From assembly GCA_035390665.1 (NCBI GenBank), contig DAOOUC010000003.1, positions 91,056-123,055 on the forward strand: a stretch of DNA of 32,000 nucleotides, read 5' to 3'. The DNA comes from an archaeon (GTDB lineage: Archaea; Iainarchaeota; Iainarchaeia; Iainarchaeales; CSSED10-239). The notes beneath the pieces were generated by a model. The model was not told the DNA's origin. It did no database searches and saw only the letters and a program-made list of their open reading frames with translations. Position numbers and translations under genes: made by a program. Positions 1 through 11,300 of the stretch are shown piece after piece (within the stretch, counting starts at the first letter, position 1; each line of letters begins with the position of its first letter).

Positions 1-3000
1 CACAGAATATAAATTAAAATCATAGGTTTTTGTTTCATTTTTTAATATAGTATTAAGAACTTGAGAACAACTATCATAAGAACAACTCATTCCTTGTGCC
101 CATGGCGGAGATAGATTTGGATTTTTCTTAATTGAGTAAATTTCAGATGGATTATATATCCTTATCTTTATATCAAGTGGCATTATAAAGCCATTATTAT
201 TTGCAGTTATTCCAAATAATATTGCTGCGGATTTATAATTTGAAGTTGCATCTGCATTGCCTTGTAATTGAGATTTTATCTGAAAGTTAGTTGTTTGTCC
301 TGAAGATACATTTACTTGAGTAGGTATAATGTCTATGCTTAATCCCGAAACGGTGGGATCTATAAAACTTGTAGCTCCGATTGTAATCGGATTTGCTGAA
401 TTATTTGTAATTGTATAATTAAAATCAACTATAGGAGACACATTCTTAATTAATTCAATAAATATTTCGTTATTTTCTATTACTTTTCCTGGTTTTGTTA
501 TCCCAATTGTATTTGTATTAAGATTAACATCAAATTCCTTGTTTATTTTTATATCTGCATCTAAAGTAAAAATAATTGGTTGATTATCAAATATTCCAAT
601 ATTTAAGGTATTTATATATGTTCCAACAACAGTTGTTGCATTTTGAGGAATTAAAACGGTTTTAATTTGTGTTTTAATTAATTTATTACTGTCTGAAATG
701 GTGGTTGGTAAGATATTATTTTCTTGCAAGTAGACATTCATATCTGTAAATGAGATAAAACCGGATCTTCCTTCTAAAGTTACATTTAACTGAGAATTAT
801 ATGCACTTGATTTAACCACATAATAATTTTTGTCGTCTGTTGTATAATTAGTTACCCCATTAACTGTATATTTGCCTACGTTATAAATTAATGGATGATT
901 AACATCTATAGTTGTGCCTGTTGTATGAACTAACTTATATCCTGATTTAATATTTTTATTAATAACAATTTGATTACTTAGCAACCCATAAGATACAGGG
1001 AAAGTAAATCTAAATGTAATATTATCACCTAATCTACTTTCGGTTAAAGAAATATTTCTATCTACCAAATATCCATTTTCATTTGTTTCTCCTAAAACAA
1101 CTTCAGGAAATAAAGACATTTGATATTTAATTAGAATATCTGGGATTGGATTTCCAAACTTATCTCTTACTCTAAAGCTTACGGCATTATCCCCAATATA
1201 AATATTATTAGAATTATCTAAATCGTTAGTTAATATTTCAATAAAAACATTAGAATCATCATAATACGATAATACATTTTCATTTCTTGGATTAATTTCT
1301 TGAATATCTAATATGTTTGTACTTATCTTTGCATTTGTGTTAAAGAAATTATTTACCCCAAACACAGAATTATGATCAAATTCTGTTCCAAATTCTGCGG
1401 ATAGAGAATTTATTTTATAGGTTGTTGCATTTATTCCTGTTGCTGATTGATTTTCATCTTGTGATTTATAGCTATAGGATTTATACAATAATGCATTTAA
1501 AGTATTTACTGAATATGCATTTATGTCTTCATTATTTATATTGTGGGTTGTACTTAAATAAATGAATTTTTGATTAGATAAATAATTATGATTAATCTTT
1601 AATTCATAATTTTCTCCGTTCTTTAAAAGTAAACTGCCTTGAGAATTGTTCCAATCATAAATATTCTGAATTAAATTATAATTACTGTTTGTAAATGGAA
1701 TTTGGTAGAAACTTGTTGGTGCATAGAAATATCCTTGCGGTCTTATATTACAATTTTGCCAAGAATTATTTAATGTTGGAGAAAATACATAATTTTCATT
1801 GTCTGATTTTGTTAATGCTCTATAATAAATCACATAATTATCTAATTGTGTTAATTCATTTTGGAATTTAAAATTTACAGAAAATTCAATTTGATCTGCC
1901 TCACTATCTGAAAAATTAATCTTTGCCCATTTAAATCCTGTTTGGTTTGCACAGTTTGTTTGACTATGATCCGGTTCATAATTTGCAGTAAAATAAGATT
2001 CATTCCAATCTACTAAACTCCCATGATAATTACATCCTCTTGTAAATGTTGCTCCTGGAGCAAATACAGTTTCAAGTCTTAAATAATCTGAAGATAATGT
2101 AATGCTTTTTCCGGCCCTTATAAAAGCATATGCTAAATCTCTATTGTCTTTTGTAGTTGTTGTAAATTTATATTTTAATTTTAATGTTCTATTTCTATGT
2201 TCTGCAATATTAATAGTATTTAATTTATTTATTCCACTTTCATCATAAATTCCTAAAAATTCAATATTTGCAACAGCATTATTTTGTTGATTACCTAAAA
2301 TTACTTTATAATATATCTTCTGTCCAGGAACCAAAGAAATTAAATCTGTTTGGTAAGTTGATTTATTTTCTGCACTAATTACTGCATACATTTCATTTTG
2401 AGGACATCTAAATATATAATCTTTATTTGTGTCTGATATTGTATTAATGGAATAATCTGTAATTAACTGATCGGTTGTACTATAAAATGAAATATTATAA
2501 TCCCTTACATTTACATTTAAATTTAAAATTTTTGCTTGACTTTCTAAATTTACACTTAATTCTAAGAAATCATTAGCATCTAATTCTTCTGTATTAGATT
2601 GCCCTTGATATCCACTAGCTACAGCAAATGCAAAATAATCTCTGTTTGCTCTAACCATTGGGAAATTAACATCTCCTGAAGAATTTGTTGTTTTAGGAGA
2701 ATTTATTGGTATTTCTGTATCGTCTTCGTCATATAAATAAACTGATGCTCCAGCATAATTATAATTTTCTTTCTTTACTTTTACTCCAATTATTCCTGTG
2801 TTAAGAACAGAAGAATATTCTAATGGTATCGATATATTTCTATCAACCCCATTTACATCAACTGGTGTTGCAGGAAAATAACCGTAATCTTCTGTGTTTG
2901 TAACTGCAATTTTATAATTTCCTGTTAATACAAAGAAGTTTGCAGAATTTACATCTTCTCTTGTTTCTATTGATTGATATCCATTACTATCTGTGTTTTT

Positions 3001-4572
3001 CTTATAAATTGTTATATCTCCTTTAACAACTCTAGTTGTGTCTCCGTTTGCATCAACTAAATTAACATTAATATAACCCAATCTTCCAATTTGACAACAA
3101 CTTCCGGTTTTTAATAAATTTCCATTTGTGTCTCTTGTATAATAATTAGTTAATAAAGAATTATTACAATCTAAACAACCATTTTTACAGAAAGGAGAAA
3201 ATATTGGATTTCTACAATCTAAATTTTGTAAATCACTTGGAGATAATAATAATAAGTTTACTGCGGTTGTATTATTAATTAAAACTTGTTTTCCTTCAGT
3301 TCTTTGAGAACTTATATATCCATCTTTACTTGTAGATAATGTATATGTTCCAGGAGCTAAATTTTCAAATACAAATCTTCCATAATAATCTGTAGTTCCT
3401 GTAACATAAACTAAATTTGATTCATTTATTGGTGTAGTTAAGTCATCCATCTTGTAAACAGACACAATTGCTCCAGTAACTTGGCCGCCTTGTAAATTAT
3501 TAACAAATGCTTCTATTTTCCCTACATTTGCAATAGTTTTTAATGAAAGCATTATTGTATTGTTTTCAGGAACAACTTGGTTTTGAACTAAATTATAATA
3601 ATCAGAAGTAACATCTATTCTTAAGAATCCGCAACCAGTTGGTTGATTAACTGTTAATTTCCCTTGTACTACATTTGATGTTGAAGGACTTGGTGTTTTC
3701 CCTGAATTTGAACAACTTAATTTTACTTGTAATAGTCTTGTAGCCAATAAGGTTTCATTTTCTTTAAATAATATTTCTCTTGTTTGCTCTTGAGATAAGA
3801 ATAATTGACCAGTTGTATCTATATCTAAAACAATTGTTTCAATTATGTTTTTCTTTGGTTCTATTGTTTTAATTTCTGTATTATAAGATTCTTTAGATGC
3901 AATTAGTTTAATGCTATCTTTTTTAGAAAACTTAATATCTTCAAAAATAGTATTTCCAAATGAATCTGTTGTTTGAGTAGTGTTTTCATCATTTATAGAT
4001 AATATTACTGTTGCCCCAGACAATAGACTATTTGTTGTATCTGTTACAGTAACATCAATTATTGAATTACCTCCAATTCCGGTTAAGACTCCAAAAAAGA
4101 AAATAAAGTAAATTATTGAAATTATTAATATTAAGAATAGAATAAAACTAGGAAATATTTTGTCTATTTGATCTGTTACTTTATTAACAGGTATTACTTT
4201 ACTTACACTATCTATTATAGAATAATATCCATCTTCAAAAAAGAAGTATATTTTTTTAAAGAAATTCATTATTGATGTCAATGGATTCTTTATCTGTTTT
4301 TTTTCTTTTGGTTTAGATTCTTGAGTTGTTTTTGATTCATCACTTTTTACTGATTTAGATAATTCTTTAAGTATCTTTTCTTTATCTTCCGTTTTTACTT
4401 GTGGTTTATCTCCTTTAAAAGAAACTTTATTTTTATCTAATTCTTTAATTACTTCTTTTGCTTTATTTTTATCAAATCCATCAGCCACAATTAATCCTTG
4501 TAATTCTTCTCTTGTAAAAGCTTTTGCTTTATTTTCTACAGCTTTATAGATTTGTTCTATTTCTTTGTTCAT
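1..4572 (-). CDS. G9: giant N-terminally membrane-anchored surface protein, partial (C-terminus beyond window); CarboxypepD_reg/Ig-like repeats
   Basis: Not in the ORF track. Reverse-strand reading from ATG at 4572..4570 (MNKEIEQIYKAVENKAKAFTREELQGLIVADGFDKNKAKEVIKELDKNK...) appears open through position 1 in the same frame (1524 codons). Cytosolic charged N-terminus, single TM (VTDQIDKIFPSFILFLILIISIIYFIFFFGVL), then beta-rich repeats such as VDVTVTDTTNSLLSGATVILS...TTDSFGNTIFEDI. Clear paralogy to G6: NPIFSPFCKNGCLDC vs NPIYSAFCSNGSINC; IPLEYSSVLNTGIIGVKVKKENYNYAGASVYLY vs IPLEYSSALNSGTIKVNVKKDEYNRANALVYLF. Confidence 0.93.
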   Translation of the reverse strand, partial: MNKEIEQIYKAVENKAKAFTREELQGLIVADGFDKNKAKEVIKELDKNKVSFKGDKPQVKTEDKEKILKELSKSVKSDESKTTQESKPKEKKQIKNPLTSIMNFFKKIYFFFEDGYYSIIDSVSKVIPVNKVTDQIDKIFPSFILFLILIISIIYFIFFFGVLTGIGGNSIIDVTVTDTTNSLLSGATVILSINDENTTQTTDSFGNTIFEDIKFSKKDSIKLIASKESYNTEIKTIEPKKNIIETIVLDIDTTGQLFLSQEQTREILFKENETLLATRLLQVKLSCSNSGKTPSPSTSNVVQGKLTVNQPTGCGFLRIDVTSDYYNLVQNQVVPENNTIMLSLKTIANVGKIEAFVNNLQGGQVTGAIVSVYKMDDLTTPINESNLVYVTGTTDYYGRFVFENLAPGTYTLSTSKDGYISSQRTEGKQVLINNTTAVNLLLLSPSDLQNLDCRNPIFSPFCKNGCLDCNNSLLTNYYTRDTNGNLLKTGSCCQIGRLGYINVNLVDANGDTTRVVKGDITIYKKNTDSNGYQSIETREDVNSANFFVLTGNYKIAVTNTEDYGYFPATPVDVNGVDRNISIPLEYSSVLNTGIIGVKVKKENYNYAGASVYLYDEDDTEIPINSPKTTNSSGDVNFPMVRANRDYFAFAVASGYQGQSNTEELDANDFLELSVNLESQAKILNLNVNVRDYNISFYSTTDQLITDYSINTISDTNKDYIFRCPQNEMYAVISAENKSTYQTDLISLVPGQKIYYKVILGNQQNNAVANIEFLGIYDESGINKLNTINIAEHRNRTLKLKYKFTTTTKDNRDLAYAFIRAGKSITLSSDYLRLETVFAPGATFTRGCNYHGSLVDWNESYFTANYEPDHSQTNCANQTGFKWAKINFSDSEADQIEFSVNFKFQNELTQLDNYVIYYRALTKSDNENYVFSPTLNNSWQNCNIRPQGYFYAPTSFYQIPFTNSNYNLIQNIYDWNNSQGSLLLKNGENYELKINHNYLSNQKFIYLSTTHNINNEDINAYSVNTLNALLYKSYSYKSQDENQSATGINATTYKINSLSAEFGTEFDHNSVFGVNNFFNTNAKISTNILDIQEINPRNENVLSYYDDSNVFIEILTNDLDNSNNIYIGDNAVSFRVRDKFGNPIPDILIKYQMSLFPEVVLGETNENGYLVDRNISLTESRLGDNITFRFTFPVSYGLLSNQIVINKNIKSGYKLVHTTGTTIDVNHPLIYNVGKYTVNGVTNYTTDDKNYYVVKSSAYNSQLNVTLEGRSGFISFTDMNVYLQENNILPTTISDSNKLIKTQIKTVLIPQNATTVVGTYINTLNIGIFDNQPIIFTLDADIKINKEFDVNLNTNTIGITKPGKVIENNEIFIELIKNVSPIVDFNYTITNNSANPITIGATSFIDPTVSGLSIDIIPTQVNVSSGQTTNFQIKSQLQGNADATSNYKSAAILFGITANNNGFIMPLDIKIRIYNPSEIYSIKKNPNLSPPWAQGMSCSYDSCSQVLNTILKNETKTYDFNLYSV

Positions 4573-4574
4573 AA

Positions 4575-6716
4575 TTATCTAATATTAAATAATGGAGTAA
4601 ACTCTATTTGTTTTATTATTTCTGATTGTTTATAAACTATAAGATATCTTTGACCAGGACAGAATAATTTTACATTTGAAATATCTTCTAAATTCAACTG
4701 TTCTGGTATATAGATTAATTTATTTTTTGAGATTTTAAATTCTTTAATATCTTGCCCGAAAGTAAAACTATCACTTACAGATATTATTTCGCCAGGTTTT
4801 AAAGAATAAACAATATAATTTTGATCTGTTGGAAATCCTGGAGGCCTAAATAAATTTCCATCAGGAGTTAAATAATAAATATTTAAATCTGTTATATTTG
4901 AACTTATAGTAGAATATATAGTATATTCTTTATCTATTCTTAATGGATTATCTAATTCAAGACCATCACATACTGGACAATAGACAAGATTGAATAATGC
5001 ATTAGGAACTTGATTTGTATTATTATCAAAATCACTAGCTATGTCTCCTAAATTTGTAGCTTCTAAACTTAAATTATCTGTAATATAAGATAATTGAGAA
5101 TTTCCTAATGATTTTAAATAACAAGATTTTATATTTATGTTAGAAAAATTAATAGGAACGTGTTTAACTATCTCTAATTTTTTTGGAAGATAACTTCCAG
5201 AAGCAAGATATTTAATATTTATATCTCCAATTGTTGGATCTTCCCCTCCACAAGCTTCTGTTGTACAACTACAATTAACTGCAGTTATAGAATCAATATT
5301 GTCTTCATTTAATTCTGTTTTAATATTAATATTCCCACTTTTATTAAAAAGATAATCTACATTTATTGAACCAATACTTCCTGCAGTTCCAAAATAAGAT
5401 GGTTCTGTAGGATATGAAGAATTAAACCCCTTTTTTCCACTAACTGAATAATAATTAAAATCACCATTATTAATAAATTTGGTAATGTTTAAATCAGAGA
5501 TCAATCCTCCATTCCCTCCATATCCATCTGTTCCTCCTCCATCATGTGCATTATCTCCTCCATTACCGCCATTACCCGCAATAATATTCCACATAATAGA
5601 TCCATTATTTATTAAATCATTATTTCTTAATATTATTTTACCTGTAGAGCCGCCTATTCCTCCATCTGCATTATCATTACGACAATGATTAGCCCCCGCA
5701 TCTCCTCCATTACCACCATTACCACTATTTAATGTAATATAAAAATTAGAGTTATTTAATTTAATTTTTGATATATCAAATACTACACTTCCACTTATTG
5801 CTCCTGAACCCCCCGCTTTAGGATCTCCTGAACATCTTGGGCCGCCTCCTTCAGATGCACCACTACCGCCATCTCCTCCATTTCCTGAAATCAGTATTAA
5901 GTTTAATTCAGAATTATCTATTAATTCTAAATATTTTAAAATAAGATTAGAATCCCCCCCAGTCCCTCCATCTCCGCCAGCTTTACGAGGGCTATCCGTT
6001 TTTCCTGTAGATCCTTTCGCGCCATTTCCTCCAACCAAATTTATATTCATATTACTTGAATTTATTATACTATTAATATCTAATATTGATGGGCCACCAG
6101 GGGTTCCGACATATGGACCAGATGTTGTACTATCTGATCTATTATTTGGGGTTCTTGAAATTAAACTTAAATTTAAATCTGAATTAAAGCCTACAAATAA
6201 ATTTTTTAACTTTACTTTAATTCCGTGTGCCCTTCTATAGGCATCATTATCTGCCCAAGATCTTTCGGCTTCTAAAAATAACAATTTTGAATTTGTATTA
6301 TTTGATAAATAAATATCTGTATTTATATCTATTGTCGTTAATTGAACTACGTTGTCTAAATTATCTATATTAAAAGTTAAACTACCATTATTTTTTATTA
6401 AAATTTTATCTATGCCTGTAATTTTATAATTGCTTTTAGATTCATTTAATGTAATTGTATTATTTCCGACAATTTCTAAAATTGTGGTCTTATTATCACA
6501 ATAAGTAACATTTGGCAATTTAACGAAATTTAAATCAGTATTAGTTATCTGAGTAGGTATTCTTATAATATATTCCCCTTGTTGCCCTCCACTAACATCT
6601 TGAGTAACTCCCGAAATTGTTTGAAAACAATTTGTGGTTGCAAAAATAGAATGTAAAGATAATTGCACAAATATAAAAATAAAAACTAAATTTAAATATT
6701 TTATCTTCATTATCAT
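4575..6716 (-). CDS. G8: secreted Gly-rich repeat protein (GNGGxGG repeats, YCPVC motif)
   Basis: 713 aa ORF. N-terminal signal peptide (YLNLVFIFIFVQLSLHSIFA). SGNGGDGG / SGNGGNGG / AGNGGNGG repeats at about 50 aa spacing. Paralog of G5. Two nt from the start of G9. AAGGTAA upstream of the ATG. Confidence 0.95.
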   Translation of the reverse strand: MIMKIKYLNLVFIFIFVQLSLHSIFATTNCFQTISGVTQDVSGGQQGEYIIRIPTQITNTDLNFVKLPNVTYCDNKTTILEIVGNNTITLNESKSNYKITGIDKILIKNNGSLTFNIDNLDNVVQLTTIDINTDIYLSNNTNSKLLFLEAERSWADNDAYRRAHGIKVKLKNLFVGFNSDLNLSLISRTPNNRSDSTTSGPYVGTPGGPSILDINSIINSSNMNINLVGGNGAKGSTGKTDSPRKAGGDGGTGGDSNLILKYLELIDNSELNLILISGNGGDGGSGASEGGGPRCSGDPKAGGSGAISGSVVFDISKIKLNNSNFYITLNSGNGGNGGDAGANHCRNDNADGGIGGSTGKIILRNNDLINNGSIMWNIIAGNGGNGGDNAHDGGGTDGYGGNGGLISDLNITKFINNGDFNYYSVSGKKGFNSSYPTEPSYFGTAGSIGSINVDYLFNKSGNINIKTELNEDNIDSITAVNCSCTTEACGGEDPTIGDINIKYLASGSYLPKKLEIVKHVPINFSNINIKSCYLKSLGNSQLSYITDNLSLEATNLGDIASDFDNNTNQVPNALFNLVYCPVCDGLELDNPLRIDKEYTIYSTISSNITDLNIYYLTPDGNLFRPPGFPTDQNYIVYSLKPGEIISVSDSFTFGQDIKEFKISKNKLIYIPEQLNLEDISNVKLFCPGQRYLIVYKQSEIIKQIEFTPLFNIR
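5550..6050 (-). repeat. Gly-rich repeats within G8
   Basis: Recurring units GNGGDGG / GNGGNGG / GGTGGDS separated by N/I-rich strand-like segments (e.g. SGSVVFDISKIKLNNSNFYITLNSGNGGNGGDAG). Confidence 0.85.
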
Positions 6717-6721
6717 TTACC

Positions 6722-8221
6722 TTATTTGTATATTTTAAAAGGATAATATAAATTTACATCTGAATAATTCAAATCTATATTTTCATTTAATTTAAATTTA
6801 AATTGATACATTTTTATTATATCCAATATTTTACTACTATTAGGAGTTAAATTAAATATGAAAAAACCATTTTGAGTTGTTTGATTATTTATTGAAGAAT
6901 ATCTGTATTCTAAATAATTAATATCAAATAATCCAAAGTTATCTCCAATATATGTAAATTGAGGATTAATTGTTTGCCCTGAATTTGCTTTTTGAATATT
7001 ACCAAAAATTATTGGAGTCATGGTTTGATTTTGATCAGTAAGTAAATAATCCGAAATTTGTGCGGTTATATTTATGTAATTACAATTTTTTGTAAATTTA
7101 ATAATATTATTATTTTGTAATCCAATATTACTTGAATTTAAATCAATTATACCTGCCTCTGGTCTACTATATATCAAAGAACAAATTGCAGTATAATTTA
7201 ATCCAGAAGGCACTTCTATTGGCCCACAGGTATTAAGATAGATTCTACCTAAGTTTGTTGTGCTTAGTGCATTAAATGTTATTGTCTTTGGTAATTTGCC
7301 AATATATTCACTAAATTCTATTTCACAAATTGGTTCTTTAAAATCTATTGGTATGGTATTACTATAATTCATATTTGCATTATTTTGCCCATACACACAC
7401 AGATAACTATTATTTAAATCACAATTTAGACTATATTTTTGAGCACCACAGTTTAGTTTTATTTCTCCACTATTGTTTACATAACCAAAAATAATTCTTT
7501 TTGAATATACATTTAACGGAGTTATTGGAAGTGTCTGTGGTAGTGGGTTATCATCATAAATTCCCATTTGTTCTGATGTATAACATCCAGGAAAATAAAT
7601 AGCATATTCTTCAGAATAATAGTTTGCAGGCTCAATATAATTATTTGAATCTAAGTTAAATTTTCCTTGATTATAAATTTTAGCTTCAGAAAAATCTAAT
7701 GTAGCTATTTTCAAATAAGAATCTGCATAAGATTCCTCTGAATTTAAATAATCAATACATCTTTTGATTTCTGAATGACTTTTAAAATTAAATTCAGCTC
7801 CTGAATTAATAAAAATATTTGTTTTAATTTTTATGTCTACTTCATTTTTTAAAAAAATAGTTAATTTCTTATTATTAGATATAATAATAGAATTAAAATC
7901 AACTATATAAAATTTAGTCATTACATCCCAAACAGTTACTTGTGGAATAAAAGATATATTAGTATCTATATTTACATCTTGAGAAATAATTAAATTCGGT
8001 CTTAAATTATTTACAGATAAAGAATCTTCAGAGATTATATATTGACCTCCGGGTAATACACAATTATTTGTTCCAGAATCATAATTACAATATACTGTGT
8101 CTCCTAAAGTATTTTTTATTCCAGAAATTTCATAATTTTGCGCAAAAATTGTATTTTGAAAAAAAATTACAAAAATTAATAGTAAAGATGCCTTTACTAT
8201 ATTATTGTAATGTTTTTGCAT
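6722..8221 (-). CDS. G7: secreted protein, beta-helix-like body plus C-terminal domain shared with G4
   Basis: 499 aa ORF. Signal peptide (SLLLIFVIFFQNTIFAQ). Strong archaeal-type SD (TTTTGGTGAATAAATA-ATG). C-terminal domain aligns with G4: PIIFGNI...GFFIF...LYYPFKI vs PIVFGKI...GKLFFI...LTFPFK. Confidence 0.95.
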   Translation of the reverse strand: MQKHYNNIVKASLLLIFVIFFQNTIFAQNYEISGIKNTLGDTVYCNYDSGTNNCVLPGGQYIISEDSLSVNNLRPNLIISQDVNIDTNISFIPQVTVWDVMTKFYIVDFNSIIISNNKKLTIFLKNEVDIKIKTNIFINSGAEFNFKSHSEIKRCIDYLNSEESYADSYLKIATLDFSEAKIYNQGKFNLDSNNYIEPANYYSEEYAIYFPGCYTSEQMGIYDDNPLPQTLPITPLNVYSKRIIFGYVNNSGEIKLNCGAQKYSLNCDLNNSYLCVYGQNNANMNYSNTIPIDFKEPICEIEFSEYIGKLPKTITFNALSTTNLGRIYLNTCGPIEVPSGLNYTAICSLIYSRPEAGIIDLNSSNIGLQNNNIIKFTKNCNYINITAQISDYLLTDQNQTMTPIIFGNIQKANSGQTINPQFTYIGDNFGLFDINYLEYRYSSINNQTTQNGFFIFNLTPNSSKILDIIKMYQFKFKLNENIDLNYSDVNLYYPFKIYK

Positions 8222-8224
8222 TAT

Positions 8225-8236
8225 TTATTCACCAAA
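8225..8236 (-). promoter_or_regulatory. Shine-Dalgarno GGTGA for G7
   Basis: Coding strand reads TTTTGGTGAATAAATA-ATG. Confidence 0.6.
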
Positions 8237-8267
8237 ATAAAAATAATATTATGAATTCAACTACCAG

Positions 8268-8277
8268 TATAAATATA
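8268..8277 (-). promoter_or_regulatory. TATA-like element upstream of G7
   Basis: TATAAATATA on + (TATATTTATA on the coding strand) about 47-56 nt upstream of the G7 ATG in the 172-bp gap after G6. A second TATTTAAATA lies at 8351-8360. AT-richness lowers specificity. Confidence 0.4.
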
Positions 8278-8393
8278 ACTAACTTTTTACTTAATTTCAT
8301 AATTTTCACGGATTTCTTTAAAAAATACCATATAATATATTAGTATAATATATTTAAATATGTTTTTATTATAAAAATAGAAAAATAATACAG

Positions 8394-11300
8394 TTATTCT
8401 GTATTATTAAAGTTATTAATTATTAGCTCTTTTGTACCTATTGGCAAGTTTGTTTTTTCTTCTATCCATTGTATCTTTGTTGTGGATAAACTTTTAGAAA
8501 TACATGCATTTCCTTCTCTTACTTGATTAAACATATCAAATATTGAATAAATGTCAGAAACATTTGAAATTATAGGAAGACTTGTTTCTCCAGAGGTATA
8601 ATCTTTACCATAAAGTTTTGATAATTGATTATTTTCTAAATCTTGTATAGATAATCTTAAATTATCATAATCTGAATTTACTGGAAGATAGATCTTTGAT
8701 TCTAATAAATATTTAGGTGTTAATTCATAACCGTATTTGTTTCTAAACTTATCTGTAGTTATAGTGTGCCTTAAATATTCATTTCCAAAACCAAATATTG
8801 AAATATCATCTATTGTATTATCATATCCTGCATCCATATAATCTTTCCAATTAAAGATTGTCATATCCCAATCAAAAGAATCGCTTTCACTATATTTTAT
8901 TTTGTAACTAAAATTATTATCTTGTATATTATTTACTTTTGCAAATATATTTATTGGCCTTGATGGTGTAAAATTTAATGCAAGTTGTATTTTTTCTGTT
9001 GTACTATTCATAGATAAATCAAATAATACTCCTTTTGAATTTAATACGTCTTGCACTTGCCAATCAATAAGATGACTTGTAGGATAATTTGCAGAAATTT
9101 CTGCAATTCCAGAACAATCTTGACCTGGACAATTCGCTTTTTTATATAACTTTATAGTTCCACTTTCTCTTTGTATTACTGGTATTAATTCTGCATAATC
9201 ATAATTACCAACTATAGTTGAACCATATCCAATTCTGTGAGCTGTTACCTCGTCCTCTAATAATCCAAAGTCTCCATCCACTGGTATATAATAGAATAAA
9301 TTGTCTTTATCTATAGGAATGCTTTGAATCAATTGTAATTTTATAACTATGTCTGTTGTAAAATTAGAATTATAATTCTCTACTGTTAATTTATATTTTC
9401 CTACTTTTTTTGTAGGTGTTCCATCTTGATTTGTTTTTATTATTTCTAATGATTGTGAATGATTTGATTTTAGATAAGAATCTTGGAATGATTGGGTAAT
9501 ATTATGCGTTAAGAAATCATTATAGCTTTCTCTATAATCAGATAAAAGATCTTCTGAGATTCCATCATACATTAAATAAACATAATAATTATTGTCTTGT
9601 GGTTTATACCTTATACTATCTCCAATAAGTGTAAATATTGAATATAATGCTTGAACAGAATCACAATGAATTTTATTGAAATCATAATCTAAATTTGTAT
9701 CCATACATAAGCTGTTCCAATTTACTGATTCTTGCCCCCAATTATAAAGTACTTTTGGAATACTTTCTGGGCCAGATTTACAAGATTCTGTGTCTTTAAA
9801 ATTACAAGAACCTAATATGAATTGATCATTTCCACTTATTAATCCGCCTACTCCTAAACAGAAATTCCCTGTAAATCCATTATCACTTATAATGGTTTCG
9901 GGATCTTCTGGGATATAAGTCACTTGTACAATTAAATTTCTTGTTTCTTGTAATGTGTTATTATTTAAATTTAAATCAAAAGTTAATGACTTATTATATG
10001 TTTTATACCCTTCTGCATTTTGCATAAGATCAGTAAAGTTTCCATCAATAGTTATTGGAACAGGTGTATTTGATATTTCTGTAGGTAAATCAAAAGTCAT
10101 AGAAATTGGTAATGCATTAGGCATCTGGATTGTAGATAATGATATATTATAACTTTTGGTTTTATTTTTAAAAGTATATACTTTATTTAACTTACAATCA
10201 GAAATACTTTTACAAGGAATATTTATTTGTGATCCTTGAGTTGTTAATTCATAGGCTTTATTTTTTGGATATATTATTATTTTTAATGGAATTTCATAAT
10301 TAAAAGATTCATTAGGATTTCCTATTTTTATTTGTAGATTTATATTTTTTTCTGTAATTTGGTTTATTTGATTGTCTATTAAAGTAAAAATAAAATTAAT
10401 ATTTCCTACAACTTTATTTGATTCAGAAATAACTGTATTTGCTTGACTAAAACTTATAATGTTAGTCAAATCATCTCCGGTTGTTGAAATTTCTAAAATT
10501 TGGTAATTTTGTGAATTATCAAAAGATAAATCTAAATAATATTCTAAAGTTCTATTTGTAGAAATATCTGTAATTAATTCTAGTCCTGATCCATTACTAT
10601 CAGTATAAAAACCGTTATCTTCTGTTATAAACATAGATTCGTCAGTTAATACTATTCTTTTAATTTTTATATTGGAAGATGCAACTCTGTATATTGTTGT
10701 TGGCTCTTGGTTCCCTTGATTTTGCAAAGTAAAAAGATTATTATATTCAAAATCTATATTTGTGTCTGTTGTATTAATGTCTATTAAAGCACTTGCTAAA
10801 ATGTCTGTATCTGCTATAAGTGTTCTAGGCAATTGATTATCTAATATTAATTTTTGATTAATCTCTTCTGTTAATAATCCGTTGACAGCTGTTGTTGAAA
10901 TATCTTCAAGTATTGTTGATCTGCCGGTTTTATTTTTTATTATGTAATTGTTGTTTGTTTCAGATATTTTCTTTATTCCATTTAATTCAGTTATAATTAC
11001 TGGGAATTTTAATTTATTTTCATTAGTTATCAATTGATTATTTGTATCATAAAGATCGATTCCTGACCCGATATTTAAAGACAATTCTAATTCGTTGTTT
11101 GGAAGATTGGAATTTGGAATTGTATATATAAATTTGATTGTTTTTCCTGAATCTGCATCTGCAATAAATATTTGAGTATTTAAATAATTATTTGTAATTT
11201 CTCCAATATCTGTTGGAACGGTTTCTCCAGAAATTATATATCTTACGGATATTCCATTTTGGAATTGCCCGGTTTTGTTTTTTAAACTAATGTTTAAATC

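Noticed and set aside
5479-5688. Plus-strand ORF (69 aa, Pro-rich)
   Set aside because: Exact antisense of the Gly-rich repeat region of G8; Pro runs are the complement of Gly codons. No start context.
8068-8343. Plus-strand ORF of 91 aa spanning the G6/G7 gap
   Set aside because: Mostly antisense to the G7 N-terminus and the intergenic promoter region; low-complexity Phe/Asn/Ile composition. I do not think the gap holds a gene.
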